A program made the position numbers and the translations under genes. A DNA stretch of 63,546 bases, filler included, from Collodictyon triciliatum (lineage: Eukaryota), in NCBI GenBank assembly GCA_043381765.1. It is 20 parts of 20 records of this genome, joined end to end, with 100 filler letters (N's around TTAATTAATTAA, not from the genome) between each part and the next. Parts side by side here need not be neighbours in the genome. Positions count along the whole stretch, not along the records: positions 29,028 to 32,150 come from JBHJMP010007761.1; positions 32,251 to 35,372 come from JBHJMP010007762.1; positions 35,473 to 38,593 come from JBHJMP010007763.1; positions 38,694 to 41,812 come from JBHJMP010007764.1; positions 41,913 to 45,032 come from JBHJMP010007765.1; 15 more parts are not named here. The stretch is one strand, 5' to 3'. Below, piece by piece: positions 30,271 to 42,062 of the stretch. Below the pieces are notes generated by a model. It saw nothing but the letters and a program-made list of their open reading frames with translations. It ran no database searches and was not told the DNA's origin. Position 1 is the first letter of the stretch. The number at the start of each line of letters is the position of its first letter.

Positions 30271-31807
30271 ATGGACGCAGAGGGAATCTGCCCAGCCGGC
30301 TGCAATGGGCATGGCACATGTGTGGATGGACGCTGTGTTTGTGATGTGAGTTTTCCATACTTCGTTCCATACAAAAACATAGACTTCAGTTTATCCTTTT
30401 CAAAATAAATAAATAAATAAATAAAAAACACACATACACATTCTTTTCACTACCCGTTCGGAGATTTATATGGCATGTTCTGATTCAAAGGTTTGAACAG
30501 GTGAGTTGGACCGGTTCTGACTGTTCGGAAATATCGATAAAATACTTTGCCACTTTCGGGACGATGTTTTCAGTGTTTGGAGCTGTGGCGGGAGCTCAGC
30601 TCTACTTTCGTGTCAAACAGGAAGGAACTTCAGTCACTACCGAAAAGATGCTTCTTTTTTTCGTCTCTCTTGCAGGCTTTGGTCAGCCTCGATATGATAT
30701 GATATGATATGATATGATATGATATGATATGATATGATATGATATGATATGATATGATATGATATGATATGATATGATATGACGTGATGTAATGTAATGT
30801 AATGTGATGTGATGTGATGTGATGTGATGTGATGTGATGTGATGTGATGTGATGTGATATGGTATGGTATGACTAACACGCTACACTTGTCTCTTAGCCC
30901 GTGGGTTGCACTTTTCTCTCCAGGATACTATCCCAGAGCTTGCAAGCCAGCAGTTGTTTGATATGTTTTATCCATTGATGATGTCATCCTTCGCTCTGGT
31001 TGTTTGCTTTTGGTCTGGGCTTATCAATTTCGAATTCATCTGACTCTGGTCGCATAATTACTCTCCTCCATTCTTATTGACAGATCACTTTTAATTGTCT
31101 CTACCCAAACACAATCATAAAAGGGCCGAGTTTTATCATCTCCAAGAGCAAAGACAAGGCCTCTTCCTGAGCCGCACCAAGCACCATTTCTATTTTTTCC
31201 TGCTTTTTGTATATATCATGGAGGTCACAAAATGGGCCCTCTCTTGGGTCATGGACAAAAGCACTATATCATATATCTATGACGGGTGAGGTTCGACTAT
31301 CCGAGTGTCTTAATGAGAGGATACTGGATACATTTATGTATCTTAATCAATTTTTCTCCCTCAATTATTTCTTTCCTAACCTTTCCAATCCAGGTATCTT
31401 GCGGCTCTCTATACATGCTGCATCGCTGGATTCGTCGTGTATGGAATGGAGCTGTACTTCAAGATTCGAGACTCTGCAGAAGAGCAACAAAAGATTCCAG
31501 TTACACAGACATTGGTACATTTCTTGAAAATTATCCAAAAATATTCTTTTCTTCTTTTAATCAGCCCTAATCCATTCATCACATCATCTCCTTTATCTTA
31601 TTTCTTTGATGAACGAATATTTCCATTGAAGTTTTGAAATACACAGAATATAAACCATTTTTTTCGGCTTTGTTTCGAGTAGCAATAGATAATTCAAATA
31701 ATTCAATTATTTTTTGCCCTAAGTTTCTCTCTCGTGTTGGTGTGGCCCTGATGGCCTTGTTTCAGCTCTGCTTTTTGACTTTATTGATAACAGACATCGT
31801 GTTCAAG
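30271..31807 (+). CDS. EGF-like domain fused to a multipass (GPR137/THH1-TOM1-like) membrane domain, 3' truncated
   Basis: CPAGCNGHGTCVDGRCVCD|VSWTGSDCS is a tenascin-type EGF. It is followed by at least 6 hydrophobic segments including YPLMMSSFALVVCFW|AEFYH and AGFVVYGMELY. Confidence 0.72.
30691..30870 (+). repeat. Compound pentanucleotide satellite (GATAT)n-(AATGT)n-(GATGT)n-(GGTAT)n in an intron
   Basis: Read directly; begins about 10 nt after the GTCAGC donor. Confidence 0.92.
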
Positions 31808-31835
31808 GTAGCATATCAATTTATACAGCATCATT

Positions 31836-32150
31836 ATGATTATGATTATCATCATTATTATTATCATCATCATTATTATTATCATCATCATTGTCATTAT
31901 CATTATCATTATCATTGTCATTATCATTATCATTGTCATTATCATTGTCATTATCATTGTCATTATCATTGTCATTATCATTGTCATTATCATTGTCATT
32001 GTCATTATCATTGTCATTATCATTGTCATTATCATTATCATTATCATTATCATCATCATTATCATTATCATTATCATTATCATTATCATTATCATTATCA
32101 TTATCATTATCATTATCATTATCATTATCATTATCATTATCATTATCATT
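31836..32150 (+). repeat. Compound CAT/TAT/TGT tri-/hexanucleotide microsatellite at contig end
   Basis: Read directly; it produces the spurious poly-HY, poly-SL and poly-I ORFs. Confidence 0.92.
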
Positions 32151-32911
32151 NNNNNNNNNNNNNNNNNNNNNNNNNNNNNNNNNNNNNNNNNNNNTTAATT
32201 AATTAANNNNNNNNNNNNNNNNNNNNNNNNNNNNNNNNNNNNNNNNNNNNAACAAAAACAAAAACAAAAACAAAAACAAAAACAAAAACAAAAACAAAAA
32301 CAAAAACAAAAACAAAAACAAAAACAAAAAAACAAAAAAACAAAAACAAGAACAAAAGAATTTCGTCTCCAAGAAAAGTACAAAGACATATATCCTGGTC
32401 TAGTTATGACTGCCGCGCGGTACTTAGAAAAGCCTATCATGCCTTGATCTTGGGCGTTGTGATCTTCAACCGAGAACACAACCAGAAAAAAACCGATTAG
32501 AAGAGGCCTTGTGTTCAAGCACACATTTCATTTCCACAAGAGGTCTTTAACGGTACCAGCAGCTCAGTTATTTACTCATAAAAAATGTATAATTTAAATA
32601 TATTTCAGATATTTTATTTATTGAGCAATTAATGATATTTTATCCTTTATTGAGCCATAAATGATATAAAATTTGATAAATAATATATTCCACATTTAAT
32701 AAAGATGATATTTTCTTTTTTAGATGAATCTGTTTCCTTATTGGATGAGCAGATTTTTTCGTTGTGTGCCTGGTTGTGGGGCTGTGCTTGGAGATCCATA
32801 AATCCTCCAAAGTAAGGCTGAAATCGTTGGTATCGACACCAAGTTCCTCTTTCACGCAGGCCTTGCCACGATTACCTATCTGTAAGCAGCAGAACCAGCC
32901 AATCTCGCACA

Positions 32912-34056
32912 ATGCCGCCCAAGTTCGACCCCACTGCCATCCACGAAAGTAAGTTGCCTTCGGCTGCGCTGTCTCCGGCACTCCCTGTTCACCCCACGAA
33001 GAGCTTCCCGAGAAAAGAGCACACGCAACGCCCCCAACCATTATCCCCTCCCATCTTTCACCTGCCTGGAATTGGAGCCCAACTTCTTCCACCCCTGCCT
33101 TCGGCAACTGGCAAAAGCGTCTTGGGCCATCGCTGATCCGTCCATGATCGCCTCTCCGGAGCGGCCACGATCGTCTTTTACCTCCAGATTATTTTCGAGT
33201 GCCCGCTTCGTTCCGCGGAGTGTAGCTTCCAACGCATACTCGCAGCTATAGCAACCCACCAACCTCCCAACGCTCCCCGCCCCCAATGCCAGAGCGCATC
33301 CTAACCACAGACGCGCTTCTGAGAGCCAAGACTCAATACTTGTCTCTACTCCACATAGTTATCGTCCGTGTTACCGGAGGTGAAGCTGGTGCCGTTTCCT
33401 CCCTGGCCCCCAAGATCGGTCCTCTTGGTCTTGTACGCATCCCTTCTTACACAGCCCTTTTTCTGTCTCCAAAGCACATCTGCTTCGCCACCACACAAGC
33501 GTAATCAAGACGCACTCCTCGACCAGAGAGCAGCCTCTGAAAGACCCGCCCTCTCTGCCCACATAGGCCCCCAAGAAGGTCGGAGAAGACATTGCCAAGG
33601 CCACCCTGGACTGGAAGGGACTCCGCATCACCTGCAAGCTGATTGTCCAGAATCGCCAAGCCCGCATTGAAGTCTGCCCGAGCGCCGCCGCCATGGTCAT
33701 CAAGGCCCTCAAGGAGCCCGAGCGCGACCGCAAGAAGGTCAAGAACAGTGAGTTTCTCGTCTCTTGTCTCTTGTCCGCACCAGGCCCGAACAATCAGACC
33801 GAAGCGCGGCAGCTGGAAAGCCTCTCTCTCACACGCCTCCTTTTCTGCAGTCAAACACAACGGCAACCTGTCGCTCGACGAGATCGTCCGCATTGCCCGC
33901 ATCTGCCGCGGCCGCTCGCTCGCCAAGGAGCTCCAAGGCACCATCCTCGAGGTTCTCGGCACCTGCGTCTCGGTCGGCTGCAACGTCAACGGCCAGAACC
34001 CCCGCGACCTCCAGCAGCAGATCAAGAACGGCGAACTCGCTGTCCCCAACGCATAA
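32912..34056 (+). CDS. RPL12: 60S ribosomal protein L12 (uL11)
   Basis: Exons 32912-32948, 33359-33432, 33567-33747, 33851-34056 give MPPKFDP...[48 protein letters not shown]...[22 protein letters not shown]...[10 protein letters not shown]. Confidence 0.98.
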
Positions 34057-34195
34057 ACAAGCCTGTGCCCGAGTCTACCCGATGCACAAACCCGTACGAA
34101 CCTCCTTTCTGTCCGTCTTTACTCTGCTTTACTCTGCTTGGCGGCTGTTTATGGCGGCTGCTTCACATACAACACAACTGTACCGTACCGTGTCC

Positions 34196-34393
34196 TCAGA
34201 GGAAGATCACCATGACGCTCACGTTGTCTGTCGTCCCGAGACGAAGAGCAAGCTCAAGCAGCATGCGCGCGGCCTTCTCGGCACTCGGCTCCTGTCTCAC
34301 CAGATCCACCGCCTCCTGATCAGAGACCACGTCCCACAACTGAGTGCGGCAGGTGAGATGAATCAGCCTTGGCCTCTTGGGCTTGCATGCTTC

Positions 34394-34440
<47 letters not shown>

Positions 34441-35130
34441 AGAGAAGGCTGGGGTTGTGGAAACGCTTACCCCGTCGCACGCCATGATCAGGACGTCGTC
34501 TCGCCCTTGGAGAAGCACCTCGTATGTGTACGGCTCTGCACTCACAAAGTCCTTCATCACGTGGTCTCCAAACGCCCGTGTGACGGCGAGGATGCCTTTA
34601 GGAGAGTTGTTTTACCTTTTTCTTTTTTTTTCTGTGTGTGTGTTGAGCAAGGCTTCTGTTCGGTGGCTGTGTTTCTGTTTACCATTGACGCGATTGCCGG
34701 TCACGAAGCCGCCAAGGTCCACTATGCGCTGGACTTCATCGGCGTCCGAGCCTTTGTGATCGTATGTGAGGCGATGTGCGCGACCTGCTCGGCTTTCATC
34801 AAAAGGAAGAAGGAGGCTCTGTGACTCTCTCTTGGGGTTTGTTGGCGGGCCGGGTTGGATGAAAGCGCAAATAGACACGAGATAGATGGAGAATATCGTT
34901 GGAGATTGTAGAGGGAAGATACCTGAGAACGGTGCGTGCGTCGCCAACGTTGGCTGAGTACAGATACCGCTTGTTTCCGACTTTGTGAACGTAGGCGGTG
35001 ATGGCTGTGGAGCCTGCGTAGAGGATTCCTTGCTCTCGAAGCTGCGCGTCGATGTGGAGGAACGCCTTTTTCCACGTTTCTGGCATGTCCAGGTTTGTGT
35101 TTTGTTGCTCCTGCAACAGCGACTGAAGGG
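34196..35130 (-). CDS. Protein phosphatase 2C (PPM family), 5' truncated
   Basis: GSTA...[66 protein letters not shown]. Confidence 0.95.
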
Positions 35131-35475
35131 TCTTTTTTTTTTGTCATCATTTCATTATTTTGTTTTTGGTTTTGTTTTGCGGGTGATTGTGATTTGTTAT
35201 CTTCAAAATTCTTGGAAGCGAGCCAGCGGGAATACAACACAATAAATCAATAAAAAAAGAAATCGATAGAATCAATAAAAAATCAATAAAAAATCAATAA
35301 AAAATCAATAAAAAATCAATAAAAAATCAATAAAAAATCAATAAAAAATCAATAAAAAATCAATAAAAAATCNNNNNNNNNNNNNNNNNNNNNNNNNNNN
35401 NNNNNNNNNNNNNNNNTTAATTAATTAANNNNNNNNNNNNNNNNNNNNNNNNNNNNNNNNNNNNNNNNNNNNGCC

Positions 35476-35587
<112 letters not shown>

Positions 35588-35599
35588 GAGATTTGTTAC

Positions 35600-37240
35600 A
35601 AAGAATTCTTGAAGGAACAGCTGGCGGTGCATGATTTCAAAGCTGACGTTTCTGGCCATCACTGGGCGGATGTAAACAAGACGGACTCCGAGAAGCCGGT
35701 CGGCGATGTGGTGATACCTAAATGTTGTAATGGAATTGGATGAGTAGAATATAATTAGTAATGGTTATATAACTCATAAAAGAGCTGCAGATTCTAAATC
35801 CGGGTGATTGATATTCGCATAGAGGCGATCAGTGCGTCGTACCGTCCGTTATACAAGAACAGAACAAAATTCAGGAGCGAGGCAGTCTTGAACATCGTTT
35901 CCATCCTGTCCATCACTCTCCATATTCTTTTGTAGACAGTGTCCTATTGAAAAGAAGCATTCGCGATGAATGGTCGCTCTGTATTCATATTCAACAAAAC
36001 CTGACATCAAACACGGAAGAGTGTGAGACATAAAAGTGAGTATGGCTCATGGTTGTTGTCGTTTTTTTTTTGAGGCCTAAGTGTGAAAATCGCATTCGTT
36101 CTGGCAAGTACCTCTGGTAAAGATGACCATCCTTGTATCGTAGCAATTAGGGACGTCCTGGACCAAACCCACGGAATTCCAACATAGCAAAATGCATATC
36201 CGATTTTCTGAAAGATGCTCAAATCATGAGGTCCCTTGGAGAGCGGGTCTAATGTATCACAGGGATTGAAACAACTTGCAGATGAAATGTGATAGTGAAT
36301 ATTGTAACTGGCATCGGCATCCGGAATACCTTTCTTAGTTATTTTACAATTTGGCATAATTTTCTAATCAAAAAAAAAAGCAAAATGTATCATTCGGTTT
36401 TTCTGTTCTTTATTTATTTTGTTTGTTAGGAATTTGACGAGTCTAGTTTACTAAAAAAAAATGTATGGAAAAGATGAATACTCTTGGAAAAATCTCTTTG
36501 GTTGTGGTATCGAAGATTTTGCAACTGTCCACCATAAGTTGAATTTGTCGACCACACTGAAAAGTAGAACATTATCATCCGGAACATAGCCATCAACTCT
36601 GGCAGATAATCTTGCGCGTAAGACGGCTGCAAATAGAAAAAATGGTTTTTCATTATGTGACTCTAATAAATTACATTTACGACTCCTTTTTTGTGTGTGT
36701 CTGTGTGTGTTAAAAAAAAAAAAGGAATAATAGCACCACCAAGACAGAAACAGGCTACAAGTAGTTGAAAATGGCTCTATTAAATGCTAGCGTAAAAAGA
36801 ATCACTCCATACCAAAAATAACGTCATCAAAACAATGGTAACTCAATAGCATGAGTGTGAGTGCACGCACACGTGTAAAAAAATATATAAAAAGAGGAAA
36901 AGTACTGACGAAATATTAACTATCTACCAACCCGTATCAGCCTCAGCGCAGGCATCATCTGATTCTTAAAGACATTTTCTATCTCCGAGTCCAGGAGGCT
37001 AGCATCTAGCTGATTCACCCGCAAGATCTCAGGCTCCACATACGGCGCCGTTTGTTGCAGCCGAGTCTGAATGACCTGCAGAGATTCACCAGCAACAGGG
37101 TCGGCCGCGTCCCACGGCGCGGAAAAGTCTTCCTCTGAGTGTGTGGACGGCAAAGCCGCTTGCAACTCAGTCTCACCGCTCAAACTCGCAGGCAGCGGCA
37201 GATCCACAGCAGACTTTGCTTCGGTGGCGTCGCCCTCCAT
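35600..37240 (-). CDS. PEX2: Peroxisome biogenesis factor 2 (Pex2/Pex12 N-terminal domain; RING exons beyond the contig end)
   Basis: LRVNQLDASLLDSE, YLPEL, STYGGQLQNLRY, SLLNFVLFLYNGR|YHHIADRLLG, RNVSFEIMHRQL. Confidence 0.9.
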
Positions 37241-37792
37241 CCTATGATAAATGCAGGGTGATGCAACCAAGCGAGACAAGTTGGCTCGGAGATAAATAGA
37301 TACGCAAATAGATATAATGCATAAAAAAAAAAGAGGTAACGTAAAATAATGGAAATGGGGCAGAACATTGAGGTACCTCTACTCTGATTTCCTGCTTGGA
37401 TCCTTGGTTGCCAGAAGACACACAAAGCAGCAAGCAAAGCTTCACTGGAAACGAAATCCAAAGGCCTTGTAGTTTCTGAGTGCATCTCAATTCCATTTAC
37501 AGAGACGATCTATTTCTATGTATGATATGTTAAATTTCCACAAATCTGGAGTTACGGTCAAACACTATCGAGGGAGGAAACATGGAAGCCGGCGAATGGC
37601 CACGATTTCTACAGCGCCCTCCCCAACCTTCAACGACCCTGCCATAGTCCATGTTCCTTTGTTGCTATCCTCGTTAAATCAAAAGAAATGCCAACGAAAC
37701 ACCCGGATTAAACAGGACAAAATAATACAGGACTTGTTTTCTTCTTTATCCTATCTTATTTTTTCTTCCTTCTTTTTTTTCTTCTTCAGCAA

Positions 37793-38432
37793 TTACTCCA
37801 CACAGCCCCGACACACCGGCAGCAGCGCCTTATCGCCCTCCTCAGAGGCCTTGTTGAACTCCTTCAGGACCCACTGGACACGCCCCACAAGATCCGCATC
37901 GTCCACACCAAGCAACTACAAGACAGGGATCAGTACACACCCCCGCCAGCTGCCAGGCACCTTTCCGGTCCCTTCAGCACAGCAGCGGCCGCAGGTAAGG
38001 AAGAGCGAAAGACAAGCACGTACCGAAAGCATCAAAGGGCGGAAGCCGAGAGCCAGGAGCGAGCGGGCGATGGAGCCGGCGGCCGGGCAGACGGGCCAGA
38101 CCAGATTTACGACGCACCAGACAGCCGCGTGGCACAGGGCGCGGGGTGCGGCGGGGCGCAGGAAGCGGGCGAGGGCGGACAGCAGCGACGGCCTCTGCAG
38201 CGTGCGCTTGGCCTGCGCTGTTGTCGCTGCTGCCAGATTGCACACGGCATAGAGCGCCTGCCGCACCGCCCCCGCCGCCCCCAAACGCAACACCCGCTCC
38301 GCCGCAGCCACAAGGCAGCCGCCGCCCCCCTGCAGGATCCGGTCCGCTCCGTCTGCTCCGTATCCGCACGGCATGTTGCGCAGGAAACCCGCGGCCTGTG
38401 TCTGCACCCCGTCGTCGGCGTCGCCCATTAGC
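37793..38432 (-). CDS. Armadillo-repeat protein, C-terminal two exons (ARMC8/GID5-like)
   Basis: QAAGFLRNM...RQALYAVCNLAA...AAVWCVVNLVW...LGF parallels the ARMC8 C-terminus. Last exon 37915-37793. Confidence 0.7.
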
Positions 38433-38693
38433 CTAAGTGGGTGTCTTTGGTATGAGTATAGCCTGAATGGTGGTTGTATGTATGTATGTATGTATGTATG
38501 TATGTATGTATGTATGTATGTATGTATGTATGTATGTATGTATGTATGTATGTATGTATGTATGTATGTATGTATGTATGTATGTATGTATGTNNNNNNN
38601 NNNNNNNNNNNNNNNNNNNNNNNNNNNNNNNNNNNNNTTAATTAATTAANNNNNNNNNNNNNNNNNNNNNNNNNNNNNNNNNNNNNNNNNNNN

Positions 38694-40941
38694 ATGATGA
38701 AGTAAATCAGGGGCATCGAGGAGAACCAAGTAATGTATATGCTTTGGGAATGCTCGTTTGGTACATGTTCTCTGGTATCGAGCCGTTCCAGAATGAGACA
38801 CAAACACAAAGTTTCATTATCAGGGGATTGCGACCCGAAATACCGAAAGAAGCCACTTATGAACTTAACCATCTTATCAGAGCGTGCTGGAGGCAAAACT
38901 ACAAGCTCCGACCATTTCTTAATCCAGTCTGTGTATACCTGGATAACTTGAAATCAGATGAGCCGAGGCTTCCTCGAAAGATGATGAACGAATTGCTTCC
39001 GATTAAATATGCTCCTTTGGCTGATATGTACCAGGGTGAATTTGTGGAGTGGCTTCGAGAGCATGGCTTCTTGAAACTAAGCGATACAATTTCAAATCAA
39101 AGCCGGGGAAGATTCCAAGAAATTCAAGACAAACTGGATGAAAGGACGATGGTTGATATGTATCACATATCGCCAGATGACGTTTGTGCATTTGTAGAAT
39201 TTTCAAATCAAAGTGTTGGAGGTGGCAGCTCAAAATCTCTAAAGAAAGTTAAGGAATTATTTAATTCCCAATTGGTGACTCATCTGCAGAAAAAGAAAGA
39301 AGACAAATTGTCGGAAAGACTGCTCGGGAAAGTTATGTCTCTGAAGCTTGATGGAAGTACAATATCCAAGCTTGACCAGCCTGATGTCCACGCGACCCAT
39401 TCGCTTTCTGAGCAAGAAATATCGTTTGCATCCCAATTCATAAACGACCACCTGCATCCAAATGAGACTGAGTCTCCTAAACATCCATTAAGCTCCGGTA
39501 CCCTTCAAGAATTGGAAGATATTCAATATATGAATGTGCGGTACATCCCTTATAATCATGGAATCCAACATGCAACCTCGCTGTGGATGGGCGATATGAA
39601 GCTCTCCCAGATTCCTGATTGGCTTAAGCATTTTGTTGGGCTAAAGAAACTATACCTCCATTCAAACGAAGTAATATTTACTTAATATCGATGAATAAAT
39701 AAAATAAAAAAGCCACCAATATATATTATTATTTATCATATTGTAACTCACCTCCTTTTTACAGCTTGTATCTTTCCCGGAGTCATGCTTCGCCCTTACA
39801 AACCTAGTATATCTGGACTTATCAAAAAATAAGGTTTTCCGCTTGTGTTTTTTTTTTTTTTCATTTCATTCACTAATTTTTTTTAAAATATACATATATT
39901 AGTATTTAAAATCATACCTGCATTTGAATCAACCTCATTCATACCTCCATTCTTCTCATTTACTATGATTTACAGATACCATCAGTACCTGCTCAAATAT
40001 CACACCTGACGGTTTTAACTCGCCTCGATGTCTCTCAAAATCAGTTGTCATCACTACCTCCAGAAATATCACACCTAAATAGTAGTCTTGTTCGCCTTGA
40101 TGTATCTCAAAATCGGCTGTCATCACTACCTTCAGAAATATCATGCTTGAATGGCCTTATTCGCTTCGATGTCTCTCAAAATCAGTTGTCATCACTACCT
40201 TCAGAAATATCATGCTTGAATGGTCTTATTCGCTTCGATGTCTCTAATAATCAGTTGTTGTCACTGCCACAAGGATTATCGAGCTTGAATGGTCTCACTC
40301 GCCTCGGTGTCTCTCAAAATCAGTTGTCATCACTACCTCCAGAAATATCACACCTGAATGGTCTCATTCGCTTCGATCTCTCTCAAAATCAGTTGTCGTC
40401 ACTACCTCCAGAAATATCATGCTTGAATGGTCTCACTCGCCTCGGTGTCTCTCAAAATCAGTTGTCGTCACTGCCACAAGGATTATCGAGCTTAGCGTGC
40501 CTTGTACAGTTGGATATCCGTGATAATTCGGTTTGTCAAATGTATAAATGATGAAAAATCAGGCCACTATTTTGAACTCGTAATTATATTTCCATTCCTA
40601 CAGATTGATGAGCTTCCTGCCGGAATTACTGCTCTGACCGCTCTCAGTCGCTTGTGCATCCGCAACAAAGAAGGAAAATCGAACATCAAGAAGGCGCCTC
40701 CCGGCATCACACTTCTCCCTTGTTGGAACGAGCAGAGCAATCCAGATTATGAAATTATTCGTAGACTGGAGCTTTATGACCACGTAAGAAACCTGTGTTT
40801 GTTATTCATTCACATGCTGCTCATATATAAGATAAATGCATTCGTCTGTTTCTTTTTCTTTTTCTTTTCTTTCTTTTGGTTTGTTTTGTTTAAAAATAAA
40901 GGAATCCTCAATTACTTGTTTTACCAAAGGACCAGCAGTAA
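38694..40941 (+). CDS. Kinase C-lobe - SAM-like - LRR protein (5' truncated)
   Basis: Exons <38694-39670, 39765-39833, 39976-40530, 40604-40783 and probably 40930-40941. PSNVYALGMLVWYMFSGIEPF...GLRPEIP...LIRACW...RP covers kinase subdomains IX-XI. About 11 LRRs of 23 aa follow. Confidence 0.88.
39976..40530 (+). repeat. Eight tandem 69-bp (one 72-bp) LRR-coding units with high nucleotide identity
   Basis: Repeated gtctctcaaaatcagttgtcatcactacct(c/t)cagaaatatca; 555 nt = 185 aa. Confidence 0.93.
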
Positions 40942-41927
40942 CCAAGAACTGGATTTTTTTTTCTGCATGAAGCTGGTTAAAGTGGTAAGGTGCAAGCCGG
41001 TATTAAAGTGTACAATATATCAAAATAGCTTTGTTTTTTCCGCTACTTCTTGAGTGTTAATGGTTGAAATATAGGTCATCAAAAAGTCGGCATGCAAATG
41101 CAGCATCCTGTATGCTTCAACACTCAGCGATTTATTTTTACTACCTGCTAGCCAGCCAAGCGTTTCGCGTCCCATTCATCTTTTCTCCATCTTGACTCCC
41201 TTCTCACCCCATTTATCTCTCTTTTTTTCTCGGGTTTTTTAGCACAGCTTTTTCCCGATACCACAAACAGCAATCCACAAGCACCACACCCACACCAATG
41301 AGTCAGAATAAAGATGATAAAAAAAAAGCATGAGTAAGGTCAGCTCCGATATAAAATAATCATGTGGATACCAGACAGGAAAATGAGAGATAAAGAGAGG
41401 AGAAAGGAAGTCACGTGAAGACCTGGTGATTCCCCTGATTGTAATCCGCGATGCTCAAGTAGTGATGCCTCAGTTATACGAGACACATACAAATTGCAAC
41501 ATTCGTCTGTCCATGGTCCTTTAAGGTTTTTCGATTGAGTGGGCTGTGTCTCTGTGCGCAAGGTGATGTAAGATTATGTATTAAAGTTAAAAAAAAAAAG
41601 GAAATAGGAAGAAATAAGTTTATCTTGCAATCACTTTAATTTTTTTGCTTCTCATTAAATTTATCATGAGGTCAATCAGTATCTATTGAATTGTTTGTCT
41701 AGAGCATGTGATGCATACATACATACATACATACATACATACATACATACATACATACATACATACATACATACATACATACATACATACATACATACAT
41801 ACATACATACATNNNNNNNNNNNNNNNNNNNNNNNNNNNNNNNNNNNNNNNNNNNNTTAATTAATTAANNNNNNNNNNNNNNNNNNNNNNNNNNNNNNNN
41901 NNNNNNNNNNNNTTGATAGTATAGCAA

Positions 41928-42038
<111 letters not shown>

Positions 42039-42062
42039 AAACAAGCAAACAAAAAGGAAAAA

